NCBI RefSeq assembly: GCF_036321535.1
Contig: NC_087436.1
Location: 36,458,001-36,522,000, forward strand
Reading direction: 5' to 3'
Length of the DNA stretch: 64,000 nt
From: Camelus dromedarius
Lineage: Eukaryota
How positions within the stretch are numbered: position 1 is the stretch's first letter; each line of letters begins with the position of its first letter. This document shows positions 13,190 to 25,239 of this stretch, piece after piece. The notes beneath the pieces are model-generated. The model had not been told where the DNA came from, ran no database searches, and saw nothing but the letters and a program-made list of their open reading frames with translations. A program made the translations under genes and the position numbers.

Positions 13190-14161
13190 ATAATGGAATA
13201 GATATAGAGAATCCAGAAATAAATCCACATACCTATGATCAACTAATCTATGACAAAGGAGGCAAGCATATACCATGGAGAAAAGACAGTCTCTTTAACA
13301 AGTGCTGCTAGAAAAACTGGACAGCTACATGTAAAACAATGAGATTAGAACAATCCCTCACATCATATGCAAAAAATAAACTCAAAATGGATTGAAGACC
13401 TAAATGTAAGACGTGAAACCATACAACTCCTAGAAGAGAACACAGGCAGGACACTCTTTGATATAAATTGTAGCAATATTTTCTTGAATCGGCCTCTTAG
13501 GGCAAAAGAAATGAAAGCAAAAATAAACAAATGGGATCTAATTAAACTTAAAAGCTTTTGCACAGCAAAGGAAACCACTGATAAAACGAAAAGACAACCT
13601 ACAGAATGGGAGAATATATTTGCAAATGGTATGACAGACAAGGAGTTAATATCCAAAAATATGTAAACAGCTCATACAACTCAATATCAGAAAACAAACA
13701 ACCCAATCAAAAAGTAGGCAGAAGACCTGAACAGACATTTTTCCAAAGAAGACATACAGATGACTAACATGCACATGAAAAGGTGCTTAACATGGCTAAT
13801 TATTTATTAGAGAAATGCAAATCAAAACCACAAAGAGGTATTACCTCATACCTGTCAGGATGGCTATTATTCACAAGTCTACAAGTAACAAACATTAGAG
13901 AGGATGTGGAGAAAAGAGAACCCTCATACACTGTTGGTGGAAATGTAAATTGGTATTGCCACTTGGAAAACAGTATGGAGGTTGCTTAAAAACTAAAAAT
14001 AGAACTACCATATGATACAGCAATTCCAATCCTGGGTATATATCTGGAAAAAATGAAAACACTAATTCAAAAAGATACATGAACCCCAATGCACTATTTA
14101 CAATAGCCAAGACATGGAAGTAACCCAAGTGCTCAACAGATGATTGGATTAAGAAGATGTG

Positions 14162-14216
<55 letters not shown>

Positions 14217-14660
14217 AATATTACTCAGTCATTAAAAGAACAAAATATAGCCATTTGCAGCAATGTGGATGGACCTAGAGAATATTATGTTTAGTGAAAT
14301 AAATCAGACAGAGAAAGACAAATACTGTATGATATCACCTACATGTAGAATCTAAAAAATAATACAAATGAATGTATATGCAACACAAAAACAAACTCAT
14401 AGATATAGAAAATGAACTTGTGGTTACCAAAGGGGAGAGGGGAGAGGGAGGGACAAATTAGGGGTATGAGATTTACAGATACAAACTACTTTATATAAAA
14501 TAGATAAGCAACAAGGATATACTGTACAGCATAGGGACTTACACTCATTATTTTGTAAAAACCTATAATAGAGTATAATCTGCAAAAAACTGAATCACTA
14601 TGCTGTACACCCAAAACTAACACAGTATTATAAATCAACTATACTTCAATAAAACAAACA
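13190..14660 (+). mobile_element. L1 LINE, 5'-truncated, nested in the ERV-L internal sequence
   Basis: ORF 13367-13666 ([11 protein letters not shown]...[14 protein letters not shown]); 3' UTR ends caactatacttcaataaaa. 15-bp TSD AAATTCCTACTTGAT (13175-13189) / AAATTCTAACTTGAT (14661-14675), 13/15 identical. Confidence 0.93.
14166..14213. repeat. (AC)24 microsatellite inside L1
   Basis: Perfect dinucleotide run of 48 nt. Confidence 0.97.
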
Positions 14661-16001
14661 AAATTCTAACTTGATCTGTATAAGCAGAAAAGTTCTAAGT
14701 CAAGTGAACTAAAGTCTAATCTGAATTATAAAAACAGACAGTCACAGTCCCTCAATCAATTCTCAGACTTGAGCTAGTTTACTTATTCAGAACTCCTTGG
14801 ATGAAGGGAAGGCTGGGTCCCACAAGGAAGAACCTGGTACATTGCCAAAAACTTGTACTATCAATCCTTCTCCCAACCTTCCCCAAAGGGATCTATAGCC
14901 TTTTACCAGACTAACTGTACACTGGGGAAAAGAAAATAATCAAACCTTTTGGGGACTACTACATACTGGCTCTGAACTGACATTAATTCTAGGAGACCCA
15001 AAACATCATTCTTGTCCACCAGTCAGACCAGGAGATTGTAGAGGTCAGATGATGAATGGAGTTGTAGCTCAGGTCTGTCTCACAGTGAGCTCACTGGGTG
15101 CGTGAACCCACTTTGTGGTTATTTCCCCAGTTTCAGAATGCATAATTGGAACAGATCCACTCAACAGTTGACAGAAGCTCCATATTGGGGAATGAGGAAT
15201 GAGGGCTAGTATTGTGGAAAAGGCCAAATGGGAGCCACCAGAACTATCTCTGCCTAGGAAAACGGTAAGCCAAAAGCAATACTATATTGCTGGAGGGACT
15301 GCCATCAAGGACTCAAGAGCTGCATGGGTGGTGATTCCCACTATATCCTCATTCAACTAGCCCACGTGGCCTATTGAGAAGATTTTGGAGAATGACATTG
15401 GATTATCGTAAGTTTAACTGGGTATTGACTCTTCCTACAACTGAAAGAGAGGCACAGTGATGGGCCTCACTGAATTTTAGAGGCCATATATCCCTCACTT
15501 GGATTTATTACTCTGGCCACCACGGATAGGTGACCTAATAAGCTGCTAGTTTTGAGTGAGGCCCAGAAGGAGGGAAGGCTCTGCACCAGGTCCAGGCTGC
15601 TGTGATCCAGCAGATCCAATGGCACTTGAAGCGTCAGTGGCAGATGGGATGCTGTCTGGAGTCTTTGGCAGGCCCCTAGAGGTGAACTGCAGTTCAGCCC
15701 TTAGGCTTTGGGAGAAAAACCCTGCAATCCTCTGCAGATAACTACTCCTGAGAAACAGATCTCGGCCTCCTACTTGGCCTTAGTAGAGACTGAATGCCTA
15801 AGCATGGGCTACTAAGTTACCGTGGGATCTACCTCTCATGAATTGGGTTTTATATGTAACTGTAAATTTGGGCATGCACAGCAGCACTCCATAATCTAAT
15901 GGAAGCAGTATATACGTGATCAAGTCTGAGCAGGTCCTGAAGGTGCAAGTTACAAGGAGAGGCACCCAAATGCCTGTGGCTTCTGCTCCTGCTACACTGC
16001 C

Positions 16002-16169
16002 TGCTTAGTAAAATAAATCAGACAGAGAAAGACAAATACTATATGATATCACCTACATGTAGAATCTAAAAAATAATACAAATGAATGTATATGCAAAAC
16101 AAAAACAAATTCATAGATATAGAAAATGAACTTGTGGTTACCAAAGGGGAGAAGGTAGGGGGAGGGACA
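16002..16169 (+). repeat. 168-bp direct copy of 14288-14455 (L1 ORF2 end/3' UTR start)
   Basis: Gap-free hand alignment with 8 mismatches in 168 nt. Confidence 0.93.
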
Positions 16170-16211
16170 GCCTGCACCTCTGGCCTCATGAGGAATTCCC
16201 TATGGTCACTT

Positions 16212-16370
16212 TATTAAGCACTTTATGCACTTTATATACATAAACTCACAATAACCTTGAGGTGGGTATTATTATTTCCCTTTTATAGTTGAGGAAGCTG
16301 AAGCACTGAGAGGGTAATACCTTGCCCAACACTATTTGGCTAAAGCTAGGCTTTGAAGCCAGTCTGATAC
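16212..16370 (-). mobile_element. MIR SINE
   Basis: ctcacaataaccttgaggtgggtattattatttcccttttatagttgaggaagctgaagcactgagagggtaataccttgcccaac resembles the MIR core. Confidence 0.8.
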
Positions 16371-16828
16371 CAGCATCTCCCTTTGACAACATGCCATACA
16401 TATATTTCCTAAAATTCCACGGGGTACACATTGGAGATTTCTCCTTTAGCTTTGATGCTATTTTTAGTAAATTTCTATTTCTCCTTATTGGACAAGAATG
16501 ACTGTGAGGGAAAGAGTAGGGAGAGGAATCAAGCTATATAGCCAAAAGATACTTCAATTATATGGGATTTAGTCAAGGTAAATTATTCTAAAAATTAATA
16601 ATAACAGAGAAGTGACGAAGGATCCTTCCTCTTATTGACACAGAGCTCTTAGGGGGGCATACTGTTTATTTCTCACAAATAAGCCAAAAAATTTTAAGGA
16701 CTTAAAAAAATAAGAAAGGGTTCGTTTTAGAGACCTAATTTTCACTGTAGCTTATTGCCCAAGTCTCTCTCCCTCCCACACTAATTTTTTTCATTTCCTC
16801 TAATTCCAATCTTTAAAACATTTAATTT

Positions 16829-17062
16829 AATGTACAGCATGGTAACTATGTTAACAACACTGTAATATACACTTGAAATGAGTAGATTTTAAATGTTCTC
16901 ACCACATACACACACACACACTGTGAGGTGATGGATGTGTTAACTAACTATATTGTGGTAGTCATTTTACAATACATAGGTATATTAAAACATCATGCTG
17001 TACACCTTAAATTTACACAATGTTATATGTAAATTATATTCTAATAAAGCTGGAAAAAATTT
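16829..17062 (+). mobile_element. L1 3' UTR end (L1MA-like)
   Basis: atgtacagcatggtaactat...tgtgaggtgatggatgtgttaact...catcatgctgtacaccttaaa...aataaagctggaaaaaa. Confidence 0.8.
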
Positions 17063-17289
17063 AAAAACAGACATCATAAAACAGCATTCATACAGCCCTT
17101 AAAGTAATCATAACTCTAGTCCCTTAGATAATCACAAAGCAATTTCTTAGTTTATTTTCAAAGAATTGTACTTTTTGTTATCATAAAAGCCCAAGTAGTG
17201 TTAGAGAGAGTCTGGTGAACTTTCCTCAGAGATGCAAATGAATCCACTAGTCTTCTTTTGGAAAACTGTTTCCTCACTGGCTAGTAAGT

Positions 17290-18240
17290 ACAAGGAAAAA
17301 AGTAATAAATATAAGAGCAGAAGTCAACCAAATACAAAATGAAGACACTACAGACAAAATCAATGAAACCAAGAGTTAGTTTTTTAAAAAATAAACAAAA
17401 TTCATAAAACTCTAGATATAATAATCAAGACAAAAAAGAGAGAAAATTTAAATTACCCAAATCGAAAATTAAAAAGGAACCACCAATATAGATCCTACAG
17501 ATATTAAAAGGGTATCCAGGAATTGTTATAAACAACTTTATACCAAAATTTTTGACCACCAGATGAAATCGATAACTTCCTTGAAAATCACAAATCACTA
17601 AAATCCTTGCAAAAAGAAACAGGAAACTGAGTAGCCCTATATCTATTAAAGAAATTGAATTCACAATTATAAACCTCCCGTAAAGAAAATTTTAAGCCCA
17701 ATTTCTTCACTAGAGAATTCTATTAAACATTTAATAGAATCTCTGTCAGAAAATTGAGGATGTGGGGACACTTCTAAACTCATCTTACAAGGCCAGTATT
17801 ACTCTGATACCCAAATCAGACAGACATCACAAGAAGAGAAAAAATATAGATCACTATCCCTCATGAACATAAATGCAAAACCCTTTAACAAAATATTTAT
17901 AAATCAAATCCAGCAAGGTATAAAAATGATAATATATCATGACCAAGTGATATTTATCCTATGAATGTAAGGTTGGTTTAATGTTCAAAATATTAATTAA
18001 TGTAAATCACCATATTAATAGACCAAAGGGATAAATCATCTGATTATCTCAACAGGCACAGAAAAAGCATTTGACATAATTCAACACTGATTCATTATAA
18101 AAACTCTCAGATAAGTAGGAATCCTCATAAAATATACAAATACTTCATAAAAGACAATTATGAAAAACTGACATCTAATACCTTTCCCCTAAGATCTGAA
18201 ACAAAGCAAGGATGTCCACTTTTACCACTTCTATTTCCTG
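17290..18240 (+). mobile_element. Old L1 ORF2 fragment (tower/RT N-terminal region)
   Basis: Degenerate matches: aaatcaatgaaaccaagagttagttttt, tccctcatgaacataaatgcaaaa, cagaaaaagcatttgac, aagcaaggatgtccacttttaccacttctatt. Confidence 0.8.
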
Positions 18241-18477
18241 TTGTAACAGGGTTTTAAAGGCTTTTAAAGTTCCCTAAACTTCATTCATTACCCAGCTAGC
18301 TCAAAAATTTTTATATCATCTTCATAACTTCTATACCCCACACTTTGGGAATGGCTGAGAGAGAAAAATGCAACAGAGTAGAGTTTCAGAAGCAGGAAGT
18401 TTCTTAAAAGAGCGAGATTATCTGAAGGTACATGTGTGCTTAAGATAGAAAGCCATTTAAACAGTGGATAATTAGTT

Positions 18478-18800
18478 TGACTTAGCCCAAGTTCCCCAGA
18501 AAACAGACCCTGAGGAAAAGTTTAGGTGGTGACATCTCAGGACAGCAAAAGTGAGGAGAAAAGGAACATGAGGCAAGAAAGAAGAGAAAGCAAATTCAAG
18601 TTGTTGCGTTAGCAAGCTGGCCAGTTTTACAAGGAAACACAGTTGACTGCTCAGTTGCAAAGGATATATTTCAAACAGGCTCTTTGGAACCACAGTGCTT
18701 TGAAACAGTTCACCAAGGAGAGGAATTATCAGCCAATTCCTTTCTACCTCTTGTGCCTCAGTGGTCAAAGTTTGCCACATGTAAGATTAACTCCCCTGCA
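18478..18800 (-). mobile_element. Ancient ERVL-class LTR remnant (family uncertain)
   Basis: gttccccagaaaacagaccctgagg...gtgaggagaaaaggaacatgaggcaagaaagaagagaaagcaaat resembles recalled old ERVL LTR termini. Confidence 0.45.
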
Positions 18801-19544
18801 GTTCTTGGTTGTAGAGCCCTGGTTTGTCCAGGCAGCTGCTGGAGAAGCTGGATACCATGTTTTATAGTAAGATGCTTCATTTGAGATCAGAGTGATGGGA
18901 CTGGACTCTGTAGGTCCAGTCAGATACTACCTGGACAAAAGAGTCCAGCAACTACTTTGAGGAGGCAGTGACAGCACGTGGTATTAGGTGATGGGGTGAC
19001 TGTAATGATGGCCAGGGCACTCCACTGACCAAGCAGTGAGAACCCACGAGGGCAGATGGTGCTGAGTAAATCTGGGAGGTACATAAACCAGGTTGGATGC
19101 AGCTCCTAAAGGACTGACTGCTGAGGGTGATCTGCTGGTAGCTTGAAATATCCAGCTAAGTAAAGTTGGTGCAAGATAAGTTTTCTCAGAAACGTGGCAC
19201 GTGCTGCTGTTTATTGGCAATACACATAAAAAGTTGCCCCCTGAGTTTTCGCAAATGCTGCATGGAGTAGAGTTTAACTTAATATCAATTAATTTTCTAT
19301 GTCAGAAGTCTGAAACATTTTTTTCTACTGAGATGTACATCCAGGTAATGTACCTGGGCATCATACACTCCCATGGGTTTACCTGAGATGGGGTGCAAGT
19401 CCTGGTGTTCTCAATGTAACATGCTCGTTCTCTCTCTCTTTTACTCGAGGGAATGTCTAATGAGAGACCCACACAAGGATAACCATTTAAAAAAAAAATT
19501 TGCAATGATTATTAGCATTGTTAGGGAGGGAAGTACAGTGTTTA

Positions 19545-19775
19545 AATATTTAAGCTGCGGAGTTCTTAAACAATCCAGCTTCTGTCACTTTCTAACTATG
19601 GACAAGTATCTTCAACTTCCCTGCTTCATTTATCTTATCCATAAAACACAGATAATAATGATATCCACCAAATTTGGTTGTGTGACAATTAAACGAATTC
19701 ATCTCTTACACCATTGCTGAGCTAGAAGAGTGCCTAGCACGTACTAAACATTCAATAAATGTTAGCTAGTAGCAA
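19545..19775 (+). mobile_element. MIR SINE
   Basis: ccagcttctgtcactttctaactatggacaagtatcttcaac...tcttatccataaaac...gtgcctagcacgtactaaacattcaataaatgttagct. Confidence 0.75.
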
Positions 19776-21499
19776 TAGCTAATTAATTACTTGTGATTAT
19801 TACTTGAAAACTATTATTAATAACAAATAACTTCATTTACCAATGTGCCACTGGTTTTCAATTCAATTTTATGAACGTAAACCACTGCTTTATAAGAAAG
19901 GTAGAAACTGTATTTTGGATTTGTTACCATTTTTTCTTTGAAAAAACTGGAAATCTAAGTCACATTCATAGTTCAAGTGCCAATCTCAGCAATATAATTC
20001 CATTTCTATAAATTAGGTCTTTATTCTAATTCTTATCATGAGCTGCAGGGCTCTGGGTTCTTTATTGAAAAGGTTATTCTGGAGTTTTTGACTGGTTTTC
20101 ATCTCAACAGGCAGGGTAAGTTAAAAATTGGAAAGTATCAGAACTTGGGTCTTAGAAACATTGGTGGAAATGAGCTCATGTACACAGGTAGGTGGGAGAG
20201 CTGCCGAGTTAGGTCAGACAGTGTGGGTGCAAACAAGTTCTCTAAGTGGGTGTCTGTCTTTTTCATGTACTACTTTCTTCCCAGGCATGAGTTTTCAGTT
20301 GTACTAAACAAGTTATTTAGTAACAGCCACCACTTCAGGCTCCTAATCACACGTCTATCTTTTCTGTTAGCAGTAGCTTCATTCTTTGGGCCTTCCAGGA
20401 CAGAAATCTTGGTCTGATCTCTGTTTCATCCCCTTTAGCGTCTGGGTTCAGTTTGCTACTATATTCTCTAAGTTGTTTCCTCTAACATACCCAGGGCTCC
20501 ATTCTGTGCAGGGTTGGTTTTTATTGGTTTCCAATATATATTGAAGTTACCTGTTTCTGTACTTGTCTCCCCAGCAGATGGACAGTTACTTTCGGGGCAG
20601 CCCGGTCTTCACTTCTCTGCCCCCAACACTTAGCACAGTGTCCAGAGCAGCACGTTCTCAGTGTTTATCAATTGGGCACTGTCTTGTGCTCTTTCACGTA
20701 CTCTTGTAGGCTCTTCACACTTCCCCGTCTAAGGACCAGCTGCCACAGAGAGCCCAAGGGAGCCAGCAGTCCCTTGGAATAGAACCTATCCATTCTGCAA
20801 CCTGTGAAGAATGTCGTTTCTATGAAGTCTTAGGTTTTGTCATATTTGTTTGATATAAAATAATGTCTTAAATTACTTATAGGTAAAATTATCTTTCCCC
20901 TAAAATCTTCAGGTAAAATGATTTCTCAGTGAACAATCTGTTGTGTGAATGTGAGGGGAGTGCACCCAGTTTGAAATGCACAGCTTTGTCTGATGAGCAC
21001 CTATCAGGTAAACGTTTCTCATACATATTTTAAGGATATCCCTCCTTTGCTTAATAAGTCACAAAACTTCCACGTGTTCCTTGCATCAAACTCAAACTCC
21101 CCAGTCTGGCTCCTATAAGCTGCTGCCCTAGTGGGGACACATCACTCTAATCAGTTTCTATGCTTACTGTCCCTTATGTAGTGTTCAATTTTATATCTGG
21201 ACCTTTGTACTAATTCTCTAAAATGCCACATCTTCTTTATTCTGTTTTTCTTAATCTTTGAGGACCAATTCATACAACTCCTCCAAGAAAACTTCGACAC
21301 CAGATCAGGGTTTTTTACCTTCTCTAAAATCCTTTGTTAAGGCACAGAACAAGGGCTGATTTCTCTCTGTGTATCCCACGTGGTACAGACTGGATACTAG
21401 ACACATCGAAGAGTATCAGCATTCTTCTAAGCGTCTGTGGACACTTGGTCTAAGCTTGCACAGTAATACACTCATTTATTTACCAAATATGAATTCTTC

Positions 21500-21640
21500 T
21501 GGGTTTATTGACAAATTATAAATAAAAATCGTGTATATTTATGGTGCACGATGTGATGTTTTGACATATGCATAAATTGTGGAATGATTACCACAATCAA
21601 GCTAATTAACAAGTCCATCACTTTACATAGTTGCAATTAT
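21500..21640 (-). mobile_element. Short L1MA-like 3' end fragment
   Basis: gtgtatatttatggtgcacgatgtgatgttttgacatatg...tggaatgattaccacaatcaagctaattaacaagtccatcac. Confidence 0.7.
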
Positions 21641-22303
21641 TCACCAACATAAATTGAATGTTTATTTTGTATACTATGTGTAAGAATTTTCACACTAATA
21701 TATTTGAAGATGTTATTGGTCTTGCTTGAACATTTGTCATCACAAAAAGCTTAGTTCTGCACAAAGAGGTTTATTTTATTTTTGGACAGCTGTGCAAGTT
21801 TTTCTTTAAGATGACCTGATACGTGTTTTTCTGATCTTAGTTCTCCTTTCGGAATAATGTAGAACAAATTGAATACCTCTTCCATATAACAGCACTTTGA
21901 TGTTCATCTCATTTCATTTTTTTACAGTTATATCCCCAGCTGATATTAAAATCCTCACCTTCCATTCCTCTTTCCTCTGTACAGCCTCTACCACAACTCT
22001 GTGGTTTCCATACTCTTTCTCATCTTAGTCGTTTTCCTCTGAACACACTTAAGTTTGCCACAGTCCCTTCATAATTGAATATGGAAGTATCACTGTAATA
22101 TTACCAATACAAGTATCTGTTACTTAACCAGAACACTTTAACATTTTAGCCTAGGGACCATTTTAGCCTAAAACACATAGGTATGTCTTAGTTACCTGTA
22201 TCACCAACCCAGACTTGGTTGTTTTCTCAAAGTCAAGCTTGTTGATAGCAATCAGATCTCAAACTGTTCTTTTATTATCAAAAAATGACTAGTAAAAATT
22301 ACA

Positions 22304-22422
22304 GGGGGAGAGTATAGATCAGTGGTAGAGTGCTTGCTTAGCATGCACAAGGTCCTCGGTTCAATTCCCAGTACCTCCATTAAAATAAATCAATCAACCC
22401 CCCCCAAATTAATTAAAAAAAA
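22304..22422 (+). mobile_element. tRNA-Ala-derived SINE (camelid Vic-1 type)
   Basis: tRNA-like head GGGGGAGAGTATAGATCAGTGGTAGAGTGCTTGCTTAGCATGCACAAGGTCCTCGGTTCAATTCCCAGTACCTCCA with A box, AGC anticodon (22340-22342) and B box GGTTCAATTCC, followed by AATAAA, a C-run and an A-tail. Broken stems indicate a SINE rather than a tRNA gene. Confidence 0.88.
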
Positions 22423-22802
22423 GAAAAATACCATATGGTATCACTTATATGTGGAATCTGAAAAAAAACAAAGACACAAATGAACTTATTTACAAAACAG
22501 AAACAGACTCACAGACATAGGAAAAAAAAACTTATGGTTACCAGGGAGGAAAGAGAGTGGGAAGGGATAAATTGGGAGTTCGAAATTTTCAGTTACTAAT
22601 TACTATATATAAAATAGATTTACAACAAGTTTCTTTTGTATAGCACAGGGAACTATATTCAGTATCTTACAGTTACCTATAATGAAAAAGAACATGAAAA
22701 CAAATATATATATGTATATGTATGACTGAAACATTATGCTGTACACCAGAAATTGACACAACATTGTAAACTGACCATACTCCAAAAAAAAAAAAAAAAA
22801 AA
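22421..22802 (+). mobile_element. L1 3' end (short 5'-truncated copy) with A20 tail
   Basis: aagaaaaataccatatggtatcacttatatgtggaatct...gctgtacaccagaaattgacacaacattgtaaactgaccatactcc followed by poly(A). Confidence 0.88.
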
Positions 22803-22823
22803 GACCAACAAAAATGAATTGCA

Positions 22824-23050
22824 AAGGGATAAATTTGGGAGTTTGAGATTTACAGATGTTAGTCACTATATATAAAAATAGATTTTAAAAGTTTCTGCTG
22901 TACAGCACAGGGAACTATGTTCAATATCTTGTAATAACCTTTAATAAAAATATGAAAATGAATATACATATGTATGCATGACTGGGACATTGTACTATAT
23001 ACCAGAAATTGACACATTGTAACTGATGGTACTTCAATTTAAAAAAAAAA
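22824..23050 (+). mobile_element. Second short L1 3' end with A-tail
   Basis: aagggataaatttgggagtttgagatt...ccagaaattgacacattgtaactgatggtacttcaattt plus A10, flanked by GAATTGCA at 22816-22823 and 23051-23058. Confidence 0.88.
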
Positions 23051-23874
23051 GAATTGCAGTTCCTTTTTGGAACATATGGAAAGCAATATGCGGAAGAACC
23101 TACTGTATTCCTGGAATGGTACTAGGTGCTAGATGTATGGTAGTGAACTAACATAGAAAGCCCCTGTAATCAAAGAGCTTTTAATTTTTCTATAAAGAAA
23201 AACAAATAATAAAAAGGAAACAAACAAATAACAAATTAATATAATCGTTTAAAAGGAACAAATAGGACAAAGAAATGGAGTTAAAATAGTGGACCCCACT
23301 TAGGGTAGTAAGAGAAGGCTAAGAGAGATTAACTTTGTTTTCTTGGACAAAATTCTTGGTTATTCTGTGACTCAATTTACCTAAATTTTATATAGTTATA
23401 AAAATCAATGGTTTTCTCTCCCTTGTAGCAAATAAAAATCTGAAAAATCCCCAGAACTGCAAAGGAAAAGTGAGAGAAAGTACCTAATAGTCAAAAAAGG
23501 AAAGAGGGAATTACTGAAGCACCTGGAAGCATTAAGCAATCATGACTCAATGACCAGAGAAAATCACTGAGTCAAAAATGAACTATTTTTCACCTGAATA
23601 GAACTTCTCTGTTCTGTGAGCCTTGTTGTTTCACACTTCTAATCCTCTGAAAGGTTGTTGGATGTATCATATGGTGAGGATACAGATGTCAACAAGACAC
23701 TGTGACCCCATCCTCATCTTGACCTATGTACTAAGGTGCATTCAAAAGATGGTGAGAGCTTGGCGTCTATCCTTTGAAATGTGGCCCATCTGGACTGACT
23801 TCATGAGTGGCTTTTCTAAAGAAGATCCCAAAGAGGCAGACCCTTTAGTGTTATTGAGGACATCTCTCTCTTCC

Positions 23875-24070
23875 AGAGCAAGTTTCTTAACCTCTCTATA
23901 TCTCAGTGTTTTCATCTGTAGAATGAGAATAATAGCACCTAACTTACTACAGTCGTTGTAATATTTAAGTGATAAGATAAACATAAATGATAAGATAAAG
24001 ACTCTTGAGACCATATTTTATGTTAGTGACATATTATTGATTATGTTAGTGACAAGAAATGTTATTATTA
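23875..24070 (+). mobile_element. MIR SINE
   Basis: gcaagtttcttaacctctctatatctcagtgttttcatctgtagaatgagaataatagcacct matches the MIR core. Confidence 0.8.
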
Positions 24071-24490
24071 ACTTTACATTCTCATCCATAGACATAACTT
24101 CAACTTCCATGTGAATGCCCATAATTCCCAATCATTGATCAGCCCTTGTTACCAAACTTTGCACTGTCACAGACTCTTGTTCCTCTCCCTCCAAAATAGT
24201 CAGTCCACAATTGTCTCTGTTTATTGAGTTCAATGCGTCTGCCCCCAAATATTCCCACAACTCTACCCTGGGCCATGACCCTTCCTCTCTGTCCCCATTT
24301 ATCTCTCTTTCCTCTCTCCCCTCCACCAACTGCAGTGGAGCACAATGACCCATGCAATCCCATATCTATGTCTTTGTTCATGCTTTTCCCCCAAGTCTGG
24401 AATGCCCTTTCCTTAGCACATATAAACCCTACACATTTGTCAAGGCCTTCAGTTCCATCCCCCTACAACTTAATCTCCTTGAGCTAAAAC

Positions 24491-24585
24491 ATATTATATA
24501 TATTTATATATACACATATATGATATATATTATATATACACACACCCACACATATACATACACACACACACACACACATACATAT
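24491..24585. repeat. Compound (TA)n/(CA)n microsatellite
   Basis: Imperfect TA run grading into CA runs. Confidence 0.85.
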
Positions 24586-25239
24586 TACTTATTTATAGCA
24601 TCCTTATTTGTGTTTTAATTTTCATTAGTGAAAATCTAATTTCTTCCTAACCAAATTGGGTATTTCCTGAGAGTACACTATGTCTAATGCTTCTTCCATA
24701 TGCCCTACAGAGTCCATCACTAAATTACACACAAACTGGGAACCCATAAGCACTACTTGACTTTAACTGACTCTCCACTTGAGTCAGTTCTTTCTGAAAC
24801 AAGCTTGGACCATGTCATGAAGATGGCTACGGGAATGGTAGATATCATATCTGTAATTCATTTGAACCCCTCATAATAACTACCATTTAATGACTTATCC
24901 CATGTGCCAGACCCCATACAAAGCCAAAATATAATAAATGCTTCCTGAAACCTATTATCTCCATTTTGCAGATGAAGAAATTGAGAGAGAAGTAATTTTC
25001 CTCAGGAGATAGAACTTGAAGGTCATTATCTTCAAAAAGGTGGTTACACAGTTTTCCCTGCTTTTAGTTACATGCTATATCTACTCCTTTCATCCATCAG
25101 CAACAAAACAATCAGTCTGGTCTTATTTAATTTCCTATGGAGAATCTTTGTAACTAGGAGTCACAAACTGGCAGTCCATGGCCAAATCTGGCCACCAAGT
25201 TTGTTTTATTTGACTCATACATTAAAAATACATACATTT

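Larger units (their letters stand above)
11582..16210 (+). mobile_element. ERV-L internal region (decayed gag, pro, part of pol), interrupted by an L1 and truncated at 3'
   Basis: Gag-like remnants in ORFs 11882-12064 and 12670-12903 (WLAKTWTKKWPTVSKLE..LPWFNVEEGIQRLRETGMLEWI). Protease-like ggactactacatactggctctgaactgac ~14952; RT-like tggagaatgacattggattatcg ~15387. No 3' LTR seen. Confidence 0.85.

Noticed and set aside
22304..22379. tRNA-Ala(AGC) gene
   Set aside because: Stem mismatches, no T-run terminator, and a following AATAAA/C-run/A-tail mark it as a tRNA-derived SINE head.
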